64,000 bases of DNA from Octopus vulgaris (taxonomy: Eukaryota), in NCBI GenBank assembly GCA_951406725.2, contig OX597816.1:147250001-147314000 (forward strand), given 5' to 3'. Made by a program: the position numbers and the translations under genes. How positions within the stretch are numbered: the first letter of the stretch is position 1; the number at the start of each line of letters is the position of its first letter. The notes below the pieces were generated by a model, which had not been told where the DNA came from, made no database searches, and worked only from the letters and a program-made list of their open reading frames with translations. This document shows, one piece after another, positions 1 to 13,708 of the stretch.

Positions 1-81
1 CAATCGTGAGTCCAACTCCCTTACCACTAGGCGATGAGCCCTCACACACTCACATACACATATATACATATACACACACAC

Positions 82-147
<66 letters not shown>

Positions 148-157
148 TTATGTATAT

Positions 158-477
<320 letters not shown>

Positions 478-1073
478 CGAATGAAACTATACAGTGTGCA
501 TTTTACATTGTACGTCGGTCAGAATTGGTTTCTTGCTTATATCGGGAGGAAACAAAAGGTAATTTTAAAACGTAATTAAGAAATATTGTTAAAGTATGAG
601 GAAGCAGTATAAATGGGATGAGACCAGAACATGAAAATGAAGAGAGGGGATAGAGAGAAAGAGAGAGATAGGATGGGTGGTCGAAGTGGGAGAGGTGGGG
701 ATGAAAGGACAGAAACACGATGAAATCAAAGGAGATGGAGAATTGGAAAAAAGGAAGTAGGAAGGTAGAGGAATAAAGCTAAACGAACAGTTGGAAGGAA
801 GAAAGAAGATACTATATACAATTATTAGTAAACCCATAGTCACCAGTATCAAGTTACAACTGATTGATGAAAGAATATTGCAGATTAGTACTACCGACTA
901 AATTAAAAAGACAAAAGGTATGAGGACAGGCTAAACACATTTACTACGACTTTAACTAATGGCGACATGAAAATAATGTAAAATAAATTTTAAATAATAC
1001 CAGTATATGTATATATAAAGATATATGCATATATACACGTATATATGTGCATATACAGCTATATGTGTAATAT

Positions 1074-1135
<62 letters not shown>

Positions 1136-1264
1136 GTATGCATGTATGTATGTATGTATGTATATCTATAAATAAATAGATAACAACAGAAGGATAATAT
1201 ACCATTTATGTACAGGTGTTTCCAAGGAATTTGTAATTGATTAATGGAGACATTACATTATTTG

Positions 1265-1312
<48 letters not shown>

Positions 1313-2009
1313 TGAGTAGTTAAGGAATATACTGGCGATCAGCACATCAGCCACTCATGCAGGAATCTGGCTAGCATAGTGTTTAAATACTCGAAGGCTG
1401 ATTAGTTATAATTCCTTCAATTTTAAAATGGAGAACTTCACCAATATATGACAATTATATAGAAATAGCATGCCATTATCCTAACAAAGTGAATAATGAT
1501 TGATTTAATTGACGGAAAGGGAAGTCAAATCTTTGTTACTTATGTTTCGATAAATGAACGCAATTTATTTCATATTACATAGAAAATTATTTAATTCACT
1601 TATTCACACGTAATTTGAATTACAATCAACTTATGAGAGAAAACAAAAATGTGGGATGAATTTTCATTGCTTCAAAATGTATCATCTTCTATACTATACT
1701 ATCCGTCAGAAAAGATATAAGATTATTAATCAACGTAGCATACATACTACATTTCAAATCATCTCCCTCTCAGTGATAACTCAGTCATAGAATAAGTTTG
1801 GCGATATTTTATCATCTTAACTGACAAGCCAGATAGTAGTCCCTGCTAATATTTTCTCATTATATGCTGGTTGTTTTACACTGCGTTCTCCAGATATGTA
1901 GTAAAAGTAACGCCATTCTTATGGGGTTTCGTAATGGAAGATTGCATGTGGATTTTTAGTTGGTTTTACGCTTAATATGTCAAAATACTGTTGTATTAAT
2001 ATATTTATA

Positions 2010-2760
2010 TACACACACACACACACACATTCCCACACACATACATACACACCTACATACACACACACACATACATACACACATACACCTACACACATAC
2101 ATACATACACACACACACAAACATGCACGGACACACCCAGACATACATACATACATACACCTATACACACACGCCCACACACCTACATACACACACACAC
2201 ACATACACACACATACACGGACACACCATACATACTTACATACATACACCTATACACACACACTACACACCTACATACACACACATGCATACACACACAC
2301 ACATGTACGCACATATACACACATATACGCACATACATATATACCCATACACATGCACACACACACATACGCACATGCATGCATGCATGCACACGCGCAC
2401 ACCTACACGCATACATGCATACACACACAGACACGCACGTACACATACATACATACACACACATACATACACCCATACACATACATGCATCCTACACACA
2501 CATACATACACACTCACACATACATACACACACACACACTCACTCACACACCTGTATGTACGCGCACACACATGCACATACACACACTTCCACACACCCA
2601 CACGTACATACATACACACTCATACACATACACACACACACACACACGGACATACATCTATGCACACACATATATACACACATACTCACCTACATTCATC
2701 GGACACACTGACACCCAGACATACACACAGACACACTCACACATCCACACACATACATAC
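2010..2760. repeat. Degenerate (CA)n/(CATA)n microsatellite field
   Basis: Directly visible; source of the His/Thr-rich pseudo-ORFs. Confidence 0.95.
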
Positions 2761-3329
2761 TTACGCTCACACTCGCAGGCGCGCGCACACGCGCGCTTGC
2801 ACCGGTTCACGTACGCATACGCGCATGCATGCACCTCGCTCGTGGACCCGGCTGGACCTCCCGCTCGTTCCTGGGGCCGTCGCTTGTCCTTGGGTTCTCC
2901 ACGCCCGTCTCCGCGGGACCACTCTTCCATCTTCCTCTCAGCTGGAGTCCTTTTTCCTTATAACCCCCCCCCCCCCTTTTTTGTTACACACACGCGCACA
3001 CACACATTGCTTAAATATATACATTACTCTTACACACCCTTCAAATCTACTCGCCATTAATACAACCACGACACTGGACACACACACACACACTACTACT
3101 CAACACACGCTGGCACGTTACATACGCCCCCACCCCTTCCCCTCCCTCCCTTCCTCCTTCCTTCATTTTCTTACTACTGACCACTGCCTGCTGCCTGCTA
3201 CTGTTCGCCCTACCTTACACGCCTACACACAGACGCATACACTAACATATACATATATTTTTTGTTTTTTATCTCGCCTCACACACACATACACACACGC
3301 ACACGCACACACTCACACATACACACACA

Positions 3330-3628
3330 TCTGTTGCGTTACCAACCCTGTCTCCACTCTTTTGGCGTTAAGAACCTACTTTGCTCTTGTTATCGTAAAC
3401 GTCCGCCTTTCACCATGTGTACTTCGTAAACACCAGTCGTTTTTTTTTCTCCATCTCTTGTTGCCCACTTTGGGATCTTTCTTTCCTCTCTTCCTTCTTT
3501 ATGTTTCCGACGAAGAGCTCCGCTCGAAACGTCATACCTTCCTGCTTCCATAATTCCTGAGCGCCTATTAATAATAATACTGTAATCGTTCCACGTGTTG
3601 TTGTTTTTTTGTTTTCCCGTTTGGATTA

Positions 3629-3630
<2 letters not shown>
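3330..3630 (+). mobile_element. Hammerhead-bearing repeat family B, copy 2 (may extend further 5')
   Basis: Shares atgtttccgacgaagagctccgctcgaaacgt and the 3' end gtttggattaa with 24372-24574; followed by (TA)n. Confidence 0.7.
3503..3537 (+). ncRNA. Minimal type-I hammerhead motif, U4C core variant
   Basis: gttt CCGACGA a gagc-tcc-gctc GAAAC GTC atac. Stem III is reduced to the palindrome ACGT; GUC cleavage triplet. Confidence 0.7.
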
Positions 3631-3676
<46 letters not shown>

Positions 3677-5658
3677 TGTATATATGAGTACAGGACGTCA
3701 CCAACGGTGCAAATGACATGAATTACGTAAGCAACGAGAAAAAATAGAAAACAAAGGCAAGTAAACACAGAGAAAAGATCTTTCATCAGCTGTCGACTGT
3801 GTATCTACTCCTTATTTCTAGCATTCAACGTCAATATAAGTCTTCGAAGATTGTTGCTCCCATAAATTCTAAAATAAAATTCAGGATTTTTGGAGGATCG
3901 AATTTGGGAACAAAAATATGAGAGTGGAGACATGCAAGGAAACTGAATGAAAACGAACATGGAGGGGCGTTAGACCAGAACGAGAGAGAAAGAGTGAACG
4001 CTGGGAGAAACATTACTTTGAAAAGAGAAAAGATAGAAGAGAGAGAGAGAAAAAAAAGAACGCATCCTTTCTTTTGAACGTCCGTGCAGGAAAAGAATGA
4101 TAGACGATGTTTACGAGTGAGCAACGAGAGAGAGAGAGAGAGAGAGAGAGAGCGAAAAAGGGAAAGAGCGACAGACGGAGAGAGAAAACGGTGAATATGG
4201 AAGGGCGGTGGAAAAAGGGAATTAGAGAAGAATGGAGGAAGAAAACAGCATAGAGTGGAGAGTCGCATAAAAACGGTGAAGATAAACTTACTTGGAAATG
4301 GATGCATCGCGTTCATGGTGGGTGTATATTTGTCTGTCTGCCTCATGTGTTTGTTAGCCTGTGTGTCTAGTTGTGTGTGTGTGTTTGTCTGAGTGAACAT
4401 ATATATGCACCATGTATGTATACAAACACGTGAAGAAGTATTAACGACACGAGTGAGCTCTCGGTTTTCTGTATCATGGTTCCATTATATATTTTCCTAC
4501 GAATACTTTCTAATTTCCAGGTGTTTTTAGAGCTATTGCCAACATTCGTAGACGTTGATAATCTCCTCTAATGGATGACGTGATACTAGATTGTGTTACT
4601 GTGTCTTTATACTAGACTAGGCCAATATCTCTTATGTAGATATTACCAACATTGATAATTAAATGCAAATTTCAGAAGGCAGGTGTCTATTTTTTGTTTG
4701 TGATTAATGTTTTTTGTCTGTGTATATTTTAGAAAAGTACTTATATCATTTAAAGCTGTTTTATATATATATATGATCACTCATGTTTTCCCGTATATTT
4801 TCGTTTTGTATTGTTTAGTGTATTTTCATTTGTACCTTTTTGGAAGTGAATGATGTGTTGCTGGGGAGTCTTCTACTTGTACGGCCTATGCAACAGAGGT
4901 GTTGAGTACCTTACAAATTTCGCACTATAAATTAAATTATAAAATAGATCATATTTTATACTATAAACTTTTTTACCATTATATACTCTTGTGATTTGTC
5001 TATGATAAGGTCTTGTTCAACCTTGATGTTATACTCATCTAATAAGTTAAGAAATAAATTAAGCAATTTATATCTTTTACATTAATAAATCATATAAATG
5101 TATGTGTGCGTGAGTACGTATACATTAATATGTGTGTAGAAACACACACACTCGCATATATACCTTTCTCCATCTCTGTATTTATATGGGTGTGTGTACG
5201 TGTGCGTGTATGTGTATAGATGGACAGATCGATGGGCTTTAATTGCAACGGATTCATGCAGTAAAGAATGAGTGCTCAATGTCTCACTTACATTGTAATA
5301 TTTATTTGGCCTAAAAGAACCAAAGTTTTCGAATGACATGGGTTTCATAAGGAACAAAATTTATATTCCCATCTGCCTGTCAACAGACGTTTTGTAATGT
5401 TGCAACAGGCCTTATTCTTCCTATTTTTGTTGCTACTAATTTTTGCTCAGTATACATGTTTGTTGTAATATTCTGTGATCATGTCTGCATGCGTTCCTAC
5501 AAAATAAATCATCTTCTGTGCGCGGGTACGTGAGCCTGAGAGTACCCATGCATGTTGGTCTGAATCTTGAATTGTTTTTTATGTTCCTTGCCCGCACATA
5601 GACACACTTACAGAAACATACATACACACACACATATCCACACACATATATATAAATA

Positions 5659-5888
5659 CACAAATACACATGTAAGCGCGTATGCATGTTTGTATATGTA
5701 ATCACATGTGGATTAGGGTAAGACGCTGAAGGAAGGAAAGAAAGGTTGTTCTATGTTTCGAGCAAAGCTCTTCTTCAAAAACAGAAGAGGAAAGTCCAAG
5801 AGAAACGGAAGACGGAGGGAAAAATCGTCAACAATCCACATGTGATTACATATACAAATATGCATACGCGTGTACATGTGTATTTGTG
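5659..5888. repeat. 56-bp inverted repeat (5659-5714 / 5833-5888) enclosing a family-B fragment (5715-5832, minus) with a degenerate hammerhead at 5748-5782
   Basis: Arm 1 is cacaaatacacatgtaagcgcgtatgcatgtttgtatatgtaatcacatgtggatt; arm 2 is its reverse complement with 3 mismatches. The insert reads gttt TTGAAGA a gagc-ttt-gctc GAAAC ATA gaac on minus. Confidence 0.85.
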
Positions 5889-5909
5889 CGTATGTGTGTG
5901 TGTGAGTGT

Positions 5910-5975
<66 letters not shown>

Positions 5976-6520
5976 CCTTATGAGGCATGAGAAGGTGGAA
6001 TTGTCTACAATAACGTCTTATTGTACTTTGAACACAAGTGTATGACAACACTATCGAAACAACGAATGCTGTCACGGCATTGGGTCGCGAGAATGAGAAA
6101 TGCGTTTCGTCTTGCTTGTAGTTTGTCAATAACTCAGTGACATGAAATATGACCTCGATATATAGGTAATAAGGAATAAGGTAGTTACTGACATTGTGGA
6201 GGTTTGCTGGATATTGAATGAAAAACAAATTACTAGATATGATGGTGTGGAATTATCTGTGTTTTTAACAAATTTAAGGGGAGATTTTATCTCAAACCAT
6301 TCCACATCATCATACTGACTAACGCTGTGTATACGTACCTAAATGTATGTATGTGTGTATGCGTGCAAATACATATACATATATATATATATATATATTC
6401 ATATGTATAAATATGTATATAGTTATATATATGTGTGGGTGTGTGTATGTTTGTACATATATATATATATATATATACACACACATATATTCATATGTAT
6501 AAATATATATATATGTTTAT

Positions 6521-6695
6521 CGTTAGCCACTACGCACGTTTTTCTCTCCTTGTTTTTTCTATGTCCCTTTCTGTAGAAGAGCGTAGGCTCGAAATGTAAA
6601 ATACTTTCTCTATTCCTGAGCATTATACTACTAATACATCTGTTTGTTTTGTACACCACCAGTCTTCGTCTTTTGTTTTTTTCGTAAACTCTCCC
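6521..6695 (+). mobile_element. Family-B-related repeat with a degenerate hammerhead-like motif (6567-6602)
   Basis: cttt CTGTAGA a gagc-gtag-gctc GAAAT GTA aaat, followed by ttcctgagc...taatac as in family B; ends in (TA)n. Confidence 0.55.
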
Positions 6696-7278
6696 TATAT
6701 ATATACATATGTATATATGTGTGTATGCGTGCAAATACATATACATATATTCATATGTATAAATATATATATATTTATATATATGTGTGATACATATGTG
6801 TGTGTGTGTATGAGCGTGTGTGTGTTAGCACTAATTATGACATTGTAGACTATGGAGGATGGTTGGCTGGCTAGTAGATTCTCAACATTTTATCTTTATT
6901 TACATTTTATACAGCATATTTTTATAATCGAGTGTTGTAAAAATATTCTGTATGAAATTGCAATATAAAAGGAAATAAATTTTGAGGATATACCGGCCGC
7001 CATATTCTATATCGTTATAATTATTGCTAATATACACTCCAGGTGATATTACCATCCAAAGAAGCGAACACAGAATTAAGGATTTACAGCTTGTGTGACA
7101 ACTTCTAGTAGTTAGAGACTCTAAATACTAATCGATGATGTTAGCCGTAACCTGGAACATAACTGAGAGCCAGCACGGTATCGGCTCAGATAATATATGC
7201 CTCTGAATGTACACACACACTCACGCACATACACGCACACATAAAAACACACATGCACACACACACACACACACATAC

Positions 7279-7333
<55 letters not shown>

Positions 7334-7389
7334 GGAGTAAACACATAAATGTGAAACAAATGTGGAAAAAAGAGTACTCAAATACCAGT

Positions 7390-7549
7390 AAGCAGCAGAA
7401 AATTCAACAAAACCTGTTACTCTGAGTTTCCCGTTGCCATTCATCGGACAGTTTTTGCTAGAATGGAACCGATATGTCAATTTTATCCAGACTAGTATAA
7501 ACGCTACACCTTTGAAGATTAACAGGTTTTGTTGAATTTTCTGCTGCTT
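7390..7549. repeat. Perfect 30-bp inverted repeat (7390-7419 / 7520-7549), Penelope-like inverted terminus
   Basis: aagcagcagaaaattcaacaaaacctgtta and its exact reverse complement. The right arm is followed by AATAAA and (TA)n. Confidence 0.9.
7414..7451 (-). ncRNA. Minimal type-I hammerhead motif, U4C core variant
   Basis: Minus strand reads ctgt CCGATGA atggcaacgg GAAA ctcagaGTA acag. Stem I ctgt/acag is perfect, stem III is ACTC-A-GAGT (near-palindromic), and stem II pairs poorly in this copy. Confidence 0.65.
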
Positions 7550-8027
7550 TAATAAAGTATATATATATATTTAGTGATTGACATTAATTCAGAGTAGTCA
7601 GATAAAATTTTTTTAGGCAGTCCTAGTTGAAAATTAAACAATTAGATGTACTCTCACTGAGAAAATAAAGCAAAATTATCTGATAAATTGCACGTTCTGT
7701 TGGCGACTCACAAGACGATAAATGTTCCTTCATCTTTCTGATAAAAAAAATGATAAAAAAATTACTGCTATTATTTATGTCAAACAATGATCCTGAAACC
7801 AAAAGATAATTGTTTTCCTTTTAAGTAATGAATAGCAATGTGTACTTAGATTTCATTATTGTTCAAACAATATCATTATCATCTGTAGTTTACTTAAATT
7901 TATCCTACGTTTCTAGCATGCAGTTTATTGTGATTCTGTTTTTAATAATATTCTAATCACATTGTCAAGGCGACTAAAGGAACATTGAAGAATTATGAAA
8001 GATCGTAAAGCTACGTTCAGCTCCTCC

Positions 8028-8081
<54 letters not shown>

Positions 8082-8325
8082 TAATATAGGATGAAGTTTT
8101 TTTACAGAAAAAAATTTCATCAAAATCTATTAGATTAATTGCAAAATTGATTCAATATAGAAATAACGAACTTTTTTTTTTTAATTCTATTGGCTAACTT
8201 TCCTCGATTTCAGTACAACGTATTTCTGTAGTGGTTATATAATGATATGTGGAAATTGACGATTTAAAAGTCTGTTATCAGCATATTGGCATAGAAATAA
8301 TTTTCTTTTGACCTTGTTTATAAGT

Positions 8326-8370
<45 letters not shown>

Positions 8371-9484
8371 TTGTGTGTGTGTGCGTGTGTGTGTATCATG
8401 TATGTTGTATGTATCTGTATAAACGCATATACATAAATATATTCACTATCATTACCCACACACACTAATACGAACCTACTCACATACACTTATATGTGGA
8501 ATTTTTCGATGAAATTTGAACCCAGTACTTAAAACTTCGGGAAATGCCTCTAAGCATTTTTGTACGGCATGTTAAAAATGATGCCAATAACGACCTGCCA
8601 TAATAATAATAATAATAGTAATAATAATAGTAATGATAATAATCTTTTCTTATTTTAGTACAGTCACTGTAAATATGAGGGGTGGAAAAGTCGATTGCCA
8701 CGACCCAAAACTCAACTGGTAGTTATGTTATTGCCATCAAAATCATGAAATACAAATTCGGCCTCCGAATTATGTGAACTCAGAATGCATAGAATTCTCC
8801 GCTTTCGCAAATACAAATTATTTGAAATGTGAATGTGTGTGTTTGTGTGTGTGTGTGTGTGGGGGGGCGTGTGTGTGCATATGCGCGTGTGCGTATGCAT
8901 GTGCGCGTGTGTGTGTGCTTGTGCGCGCGTTTGTGTAACTACATGCACTTATAGATAGATAGAAATTATTATAGGCATAGACGCACAAACTCACACATAT
9001 ACACATATATACAAACATAGATAGGTAGACAGACAGACAGGCAGACAGCCAGACAGCCAGACAGACAGACAGACAAATAGATAGAGAGACAGACAGATAC
9101 ATAGATAGATAGATGAATAGATAGATAGGCAAGTAGCTAAGTATGTATGTATGTATGTAGGTAGGTAGGTAGGTAGGTAGGTAGGTATGTACGTTGGTAG
9201 GTAGGTAGGTAGGTAAGTAGGTAGGTAGGTAGGTAGGTAGGTAGGTAGGTTGGTAAGTCTGTCGGTAGGTAGGTAGGTAGCTATCTGTATCTCTCTACTC
9301 CCTATCTAATTTTCTACCTACATACTTAAATAACCAGCTAGCTAGCTGAATTGCATTTAAATATATAAGCATGATACCCTTTGCTAATATATATATATGT
9401 ATGTGTGTGTGTGTGTATGTATGTATATATATAATATTAAATATGCATATACATGTATATATACATAGATATGTATATGTATGC

Positions 9485-9520
<36 letters not shown>

Positions 9521-10278
9521 GGATGAAAATGTAAAGATAGACACGCGCACACACGTACACAGATACAAAATAATTTTTTTCCTAAATCTATATTCCTGTA
9601 TAAACACGTTTCCTTTTTATCTATTATACTTGAGGATATGTGGCAAGGGATTCCACGAAGAAACTTTGACATGAAATGGTAATTAATTTTTTTTTTTTAT
9701 TAGAAATAATACAATGTTTTGCTCTTATTATAAATAAGACACATAGTGTTGATGCATTTGCCTGACAAATCATGAATAAAAACAAAATGACAGAGCATGC
9801 GTTCACAGATGTTTTCTTAGAGATAGGCTTTCACTTCACAAATTCGAATAAAAATATAAGAAGCAAGGAGATACATATCTAGTTGTTATATTCTCTTTAC
9901 TTATTCTTACCTAGTCATACAAGAACACGATCGTTCACGGAAACGCACACGTGCACATGTACACCAATACATGCATGCATTTATATACGTGCATAAATGC
10001 ATAATATATATGTATGTATATATATAAATAAACATTTATATGTATATATATAAATGTATGTATATATATATATATATATATATACGTATATGTATATATA
10101 CTATGCGTACATATGTATACATGCATGCATGTATGTATATATAAATATATATATACATACATACATAGACATATACTTTATGTATACTGTATATATGTAC
10201 TTGTATATGTACGTTGTATGCAAATTTTATATAATGTATGTATGTAGGTAGGTATCTATGTATGAATGAATGTATCTG

Positions 10279-10322
<44 letters not shown>

Positions 10323-10385
10323 TATGTGTCAGTATATATATTTTGCAAGTAAGTACCCGATTGGAATGCATGGGAGAATATAAGG

Positions 10386-10418
<33 letters not shown>

Positions 10419-10731
10419 TTGCGTGTGCGTATTACATGTTATTTTTAAGTGTTTGTCTATACTCACAATCGAAGAAAATGAAGAATGCACGTAGTTAAAT
10501 GAAAGGCTGTTGTGTGAATATAAAAAAAAAAGTGAGAAAAGTTATGCTTACGTAAGCTTTTAATAGCACAATAGTTAGAAATCTTTCAATAATATTAGAT
10601 ATAAGTCACGAGTTACACTATAAAAAATCAAACTGCACAGAGATTTATTTTTTATTGTTTGTCCTTATTTTTACCGCTATCATTTATATTATCGTTGTTA
10701 TTTTTGTTATTACCCTTACTGCAGTTATTTC

Positions 10732-10771
<40 letters not shown>

Positions 10772-11086
10772 GTTATTCCTCTGTCACCATCATCACTATT
10801 ATTATTATGTTTTGTGTGGGTTTTTTTTTATCAATTATATTCGGAAATTCTATCATCAATGTAATTGTATTATTTTCATGCATGACATATATTTCATAAT
10901 GTTTTGCTCCGATATTATTCCTTAACATCTGTTTTAAACATGTTTCTTCTATTTCTTTATTACCCGTTCACTTTTCGCCTCTCTAGTAATCTTTTACTTT
11001 CAATTCATCTACCTTATCTATCTACATTATTTCTTTCTAGCTGTAGTTATATAATCATACATACGATTCTTCTCCTCTCTTTCTCT

Positions 11087-11131
<45 letters not shown>

Positions 11132-11275
11132 TTATTTTACTAGGTCCTTGACTGGTTTCGGTTTAGCAAGCATTGATTTACTTTAATTATTGTAACCAGC
11201 ATACAATTATTTTGAATATTCGATATTTGATTCGTAAACGTACATACATACATATATACATACATAGATGCATAC

Positions 11276-11377
<102 letters not shown>

Positions 11378-11449
11378 TTATGCTTATATATGAATATAAT
11401 ATAAACAAACACGCACACACACATACACACACACGCACGCACACACACA

Positions 11450-11521
<72 letters not shown>

Positions 11522-11876
11522 CCAAAAAGATAAGAAAATGAAGAGTTGAGGATTATAGTTAATTTATTTGTATCATATTTTGTAGTTAAGTTTTGAATAC
11601 GAATAAATTTTTTAAAGCACAAAATTTTTAAAAATAAAGTTTATTTGTATCTAAAACTTAACCGCAGCTATGAGCTGAAACTACAGCAAAAATATAATAA
11701 CTATACATCCTCTACTCTCCACTTTCTTACCTTATTAATTTTACATGTAATAATCCCAAATATATCGTGAAGATTTTCTTCAAATATGATGGATATTAAA
11801 CCAGTGAAAGTTTGGATTTATTAATCCTTAGTGAGTATATGACGTCCTTGAACTGACTCACTCACATATATATATC

Positions 11877-12083
<207 letters not shown>

Positions 12084-13339
12084 ATTGCATTTGTCACAGC
12101 AAAATTGACAGCACTGTGTCTCCGTTTCGGAGAAAAGATAACTTACAAAATATTACATAGTTGGTGCACCGATTTATCTATCATATTTACTCACTAGCTT
12201 GTATTCTCAACATGTGCATACACTCATGTCCAAACATCTATAGTAACAACGCCTATGCATACGACATCCGGTTTCATTCCATCAAAATTTGTCCATAGAA
12301 TATTCTAATTCTTATATTTGTAACCGTATGCTTAGAAAGAGCAGATAATCAATAACATTGCTATAAACATGCTTGTTGCTGTATTCTGACACTACTCTTT
12401 TCCATAGAAATATGGAGTGATTTGAAGCAACTCAGTTTGCTATCGTTAAATCGAGAATATCTGCATGGGGTTTTCCTTCAATGGTACATTCTGTTTAGTA
12501 TAGAAACAGGAAAACTAATGAAAAACTGTATTTGTGCTACTATTTCTGCTTCGTTTTATGCAGTAAAAAGTCAAGTCTAGCTAGAATTATCATGTGATAT
12601 AAACAATTTTATTTAAAACTATACACAGGATGAGAGCGATAAAATTTAAATAATCATTCTTACATTTATATGGAAGACAAAGTTCATTGTACTCGACAAT
12701 GTTAGTGATACAAAAGCCACTGGAGAAATGTAAAAGAATGCTGTAGAGAAACAGTAGCTGTGTCTCCTCTCCGAGAAATGAATCTGTATCATGAATATAT
12801 TTTGAAGTGATCGAATGACGTCCGTCAGAATATCTGCAGTTCAATAACTGAAATTCGTAAAATAAGAAGCAAGTGATGTAGAATATACACATAGTATTAA
12901 GCATAATTTAGTATAGCCTTTCTAACCACGAACACGTAAATAACACAGGTAAACAATGCAATCCGTTTAGTGTAATATATTATTAAGACCAAATTATCTA
13001 TATATATATATATATATATATTCACTTATTAAAATAATATTTAGAACCAGATTTTCTAATTTGCTTTAACAATTACAATTTTACATGCAACTTTACACTT
13101 ATATCACATATTTACCAAATCAATGCTGTTCAAATCTTAACCAGCCAAACACCAATTCTAAGAGATGTTTATGTATGCATGCCATCATGATTGTTCTATA
13201 ATTATGTATATGCATTGAAGTAACGGTCATATTTAGAGTTTATTCAATCGAATCCCACTCTATTTTTATTCCCCTTCAATGAATCCTCCCCTTACAAACC
13301 CTCTTGTCCACAGTACCATGCATGCTTATATGGTTATAT

Positions 13340-13395
<56 letters not shown>

Positions 13396-13668
13396 ATGTC
13401 ATGTAAATACGTTTGTTTGTACATATGGTCTGATCAGAACTCACGATTAAGAAGAGAATGGAGCATAAGTGTCCGTCATGAACGTGCGTGTGTGTGCGTG
13501 TACGTGTATGTACATTCCCTATATATTTTTATGTATATATGTATGTTTGCATTTATTCTATGTAAAAGCATCTATGTGTATTGTATGAATTCTACACATT
13601 ATATATATTTTTAAGTTATAATAGTATTTTTGTGCATACGTATACATACATACACACACACACACACG

Positions 13669-13708
<40 letters not shown>

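Noticed and set aside
1960-3553. His/Thr-rich ORFs of 244-476 aa in all three frames
   Set aside because: (CA)n-derived low complexity; being open in every frame indicates an artefact.
3770-3855. CTGATGA on the minus strand near 3784-3790 and a TCGAAGA...GAAA pattern nearby
   Set aside because: No properly placed GAAA or pairing stems in this copy, so it is not called a hammerhead.
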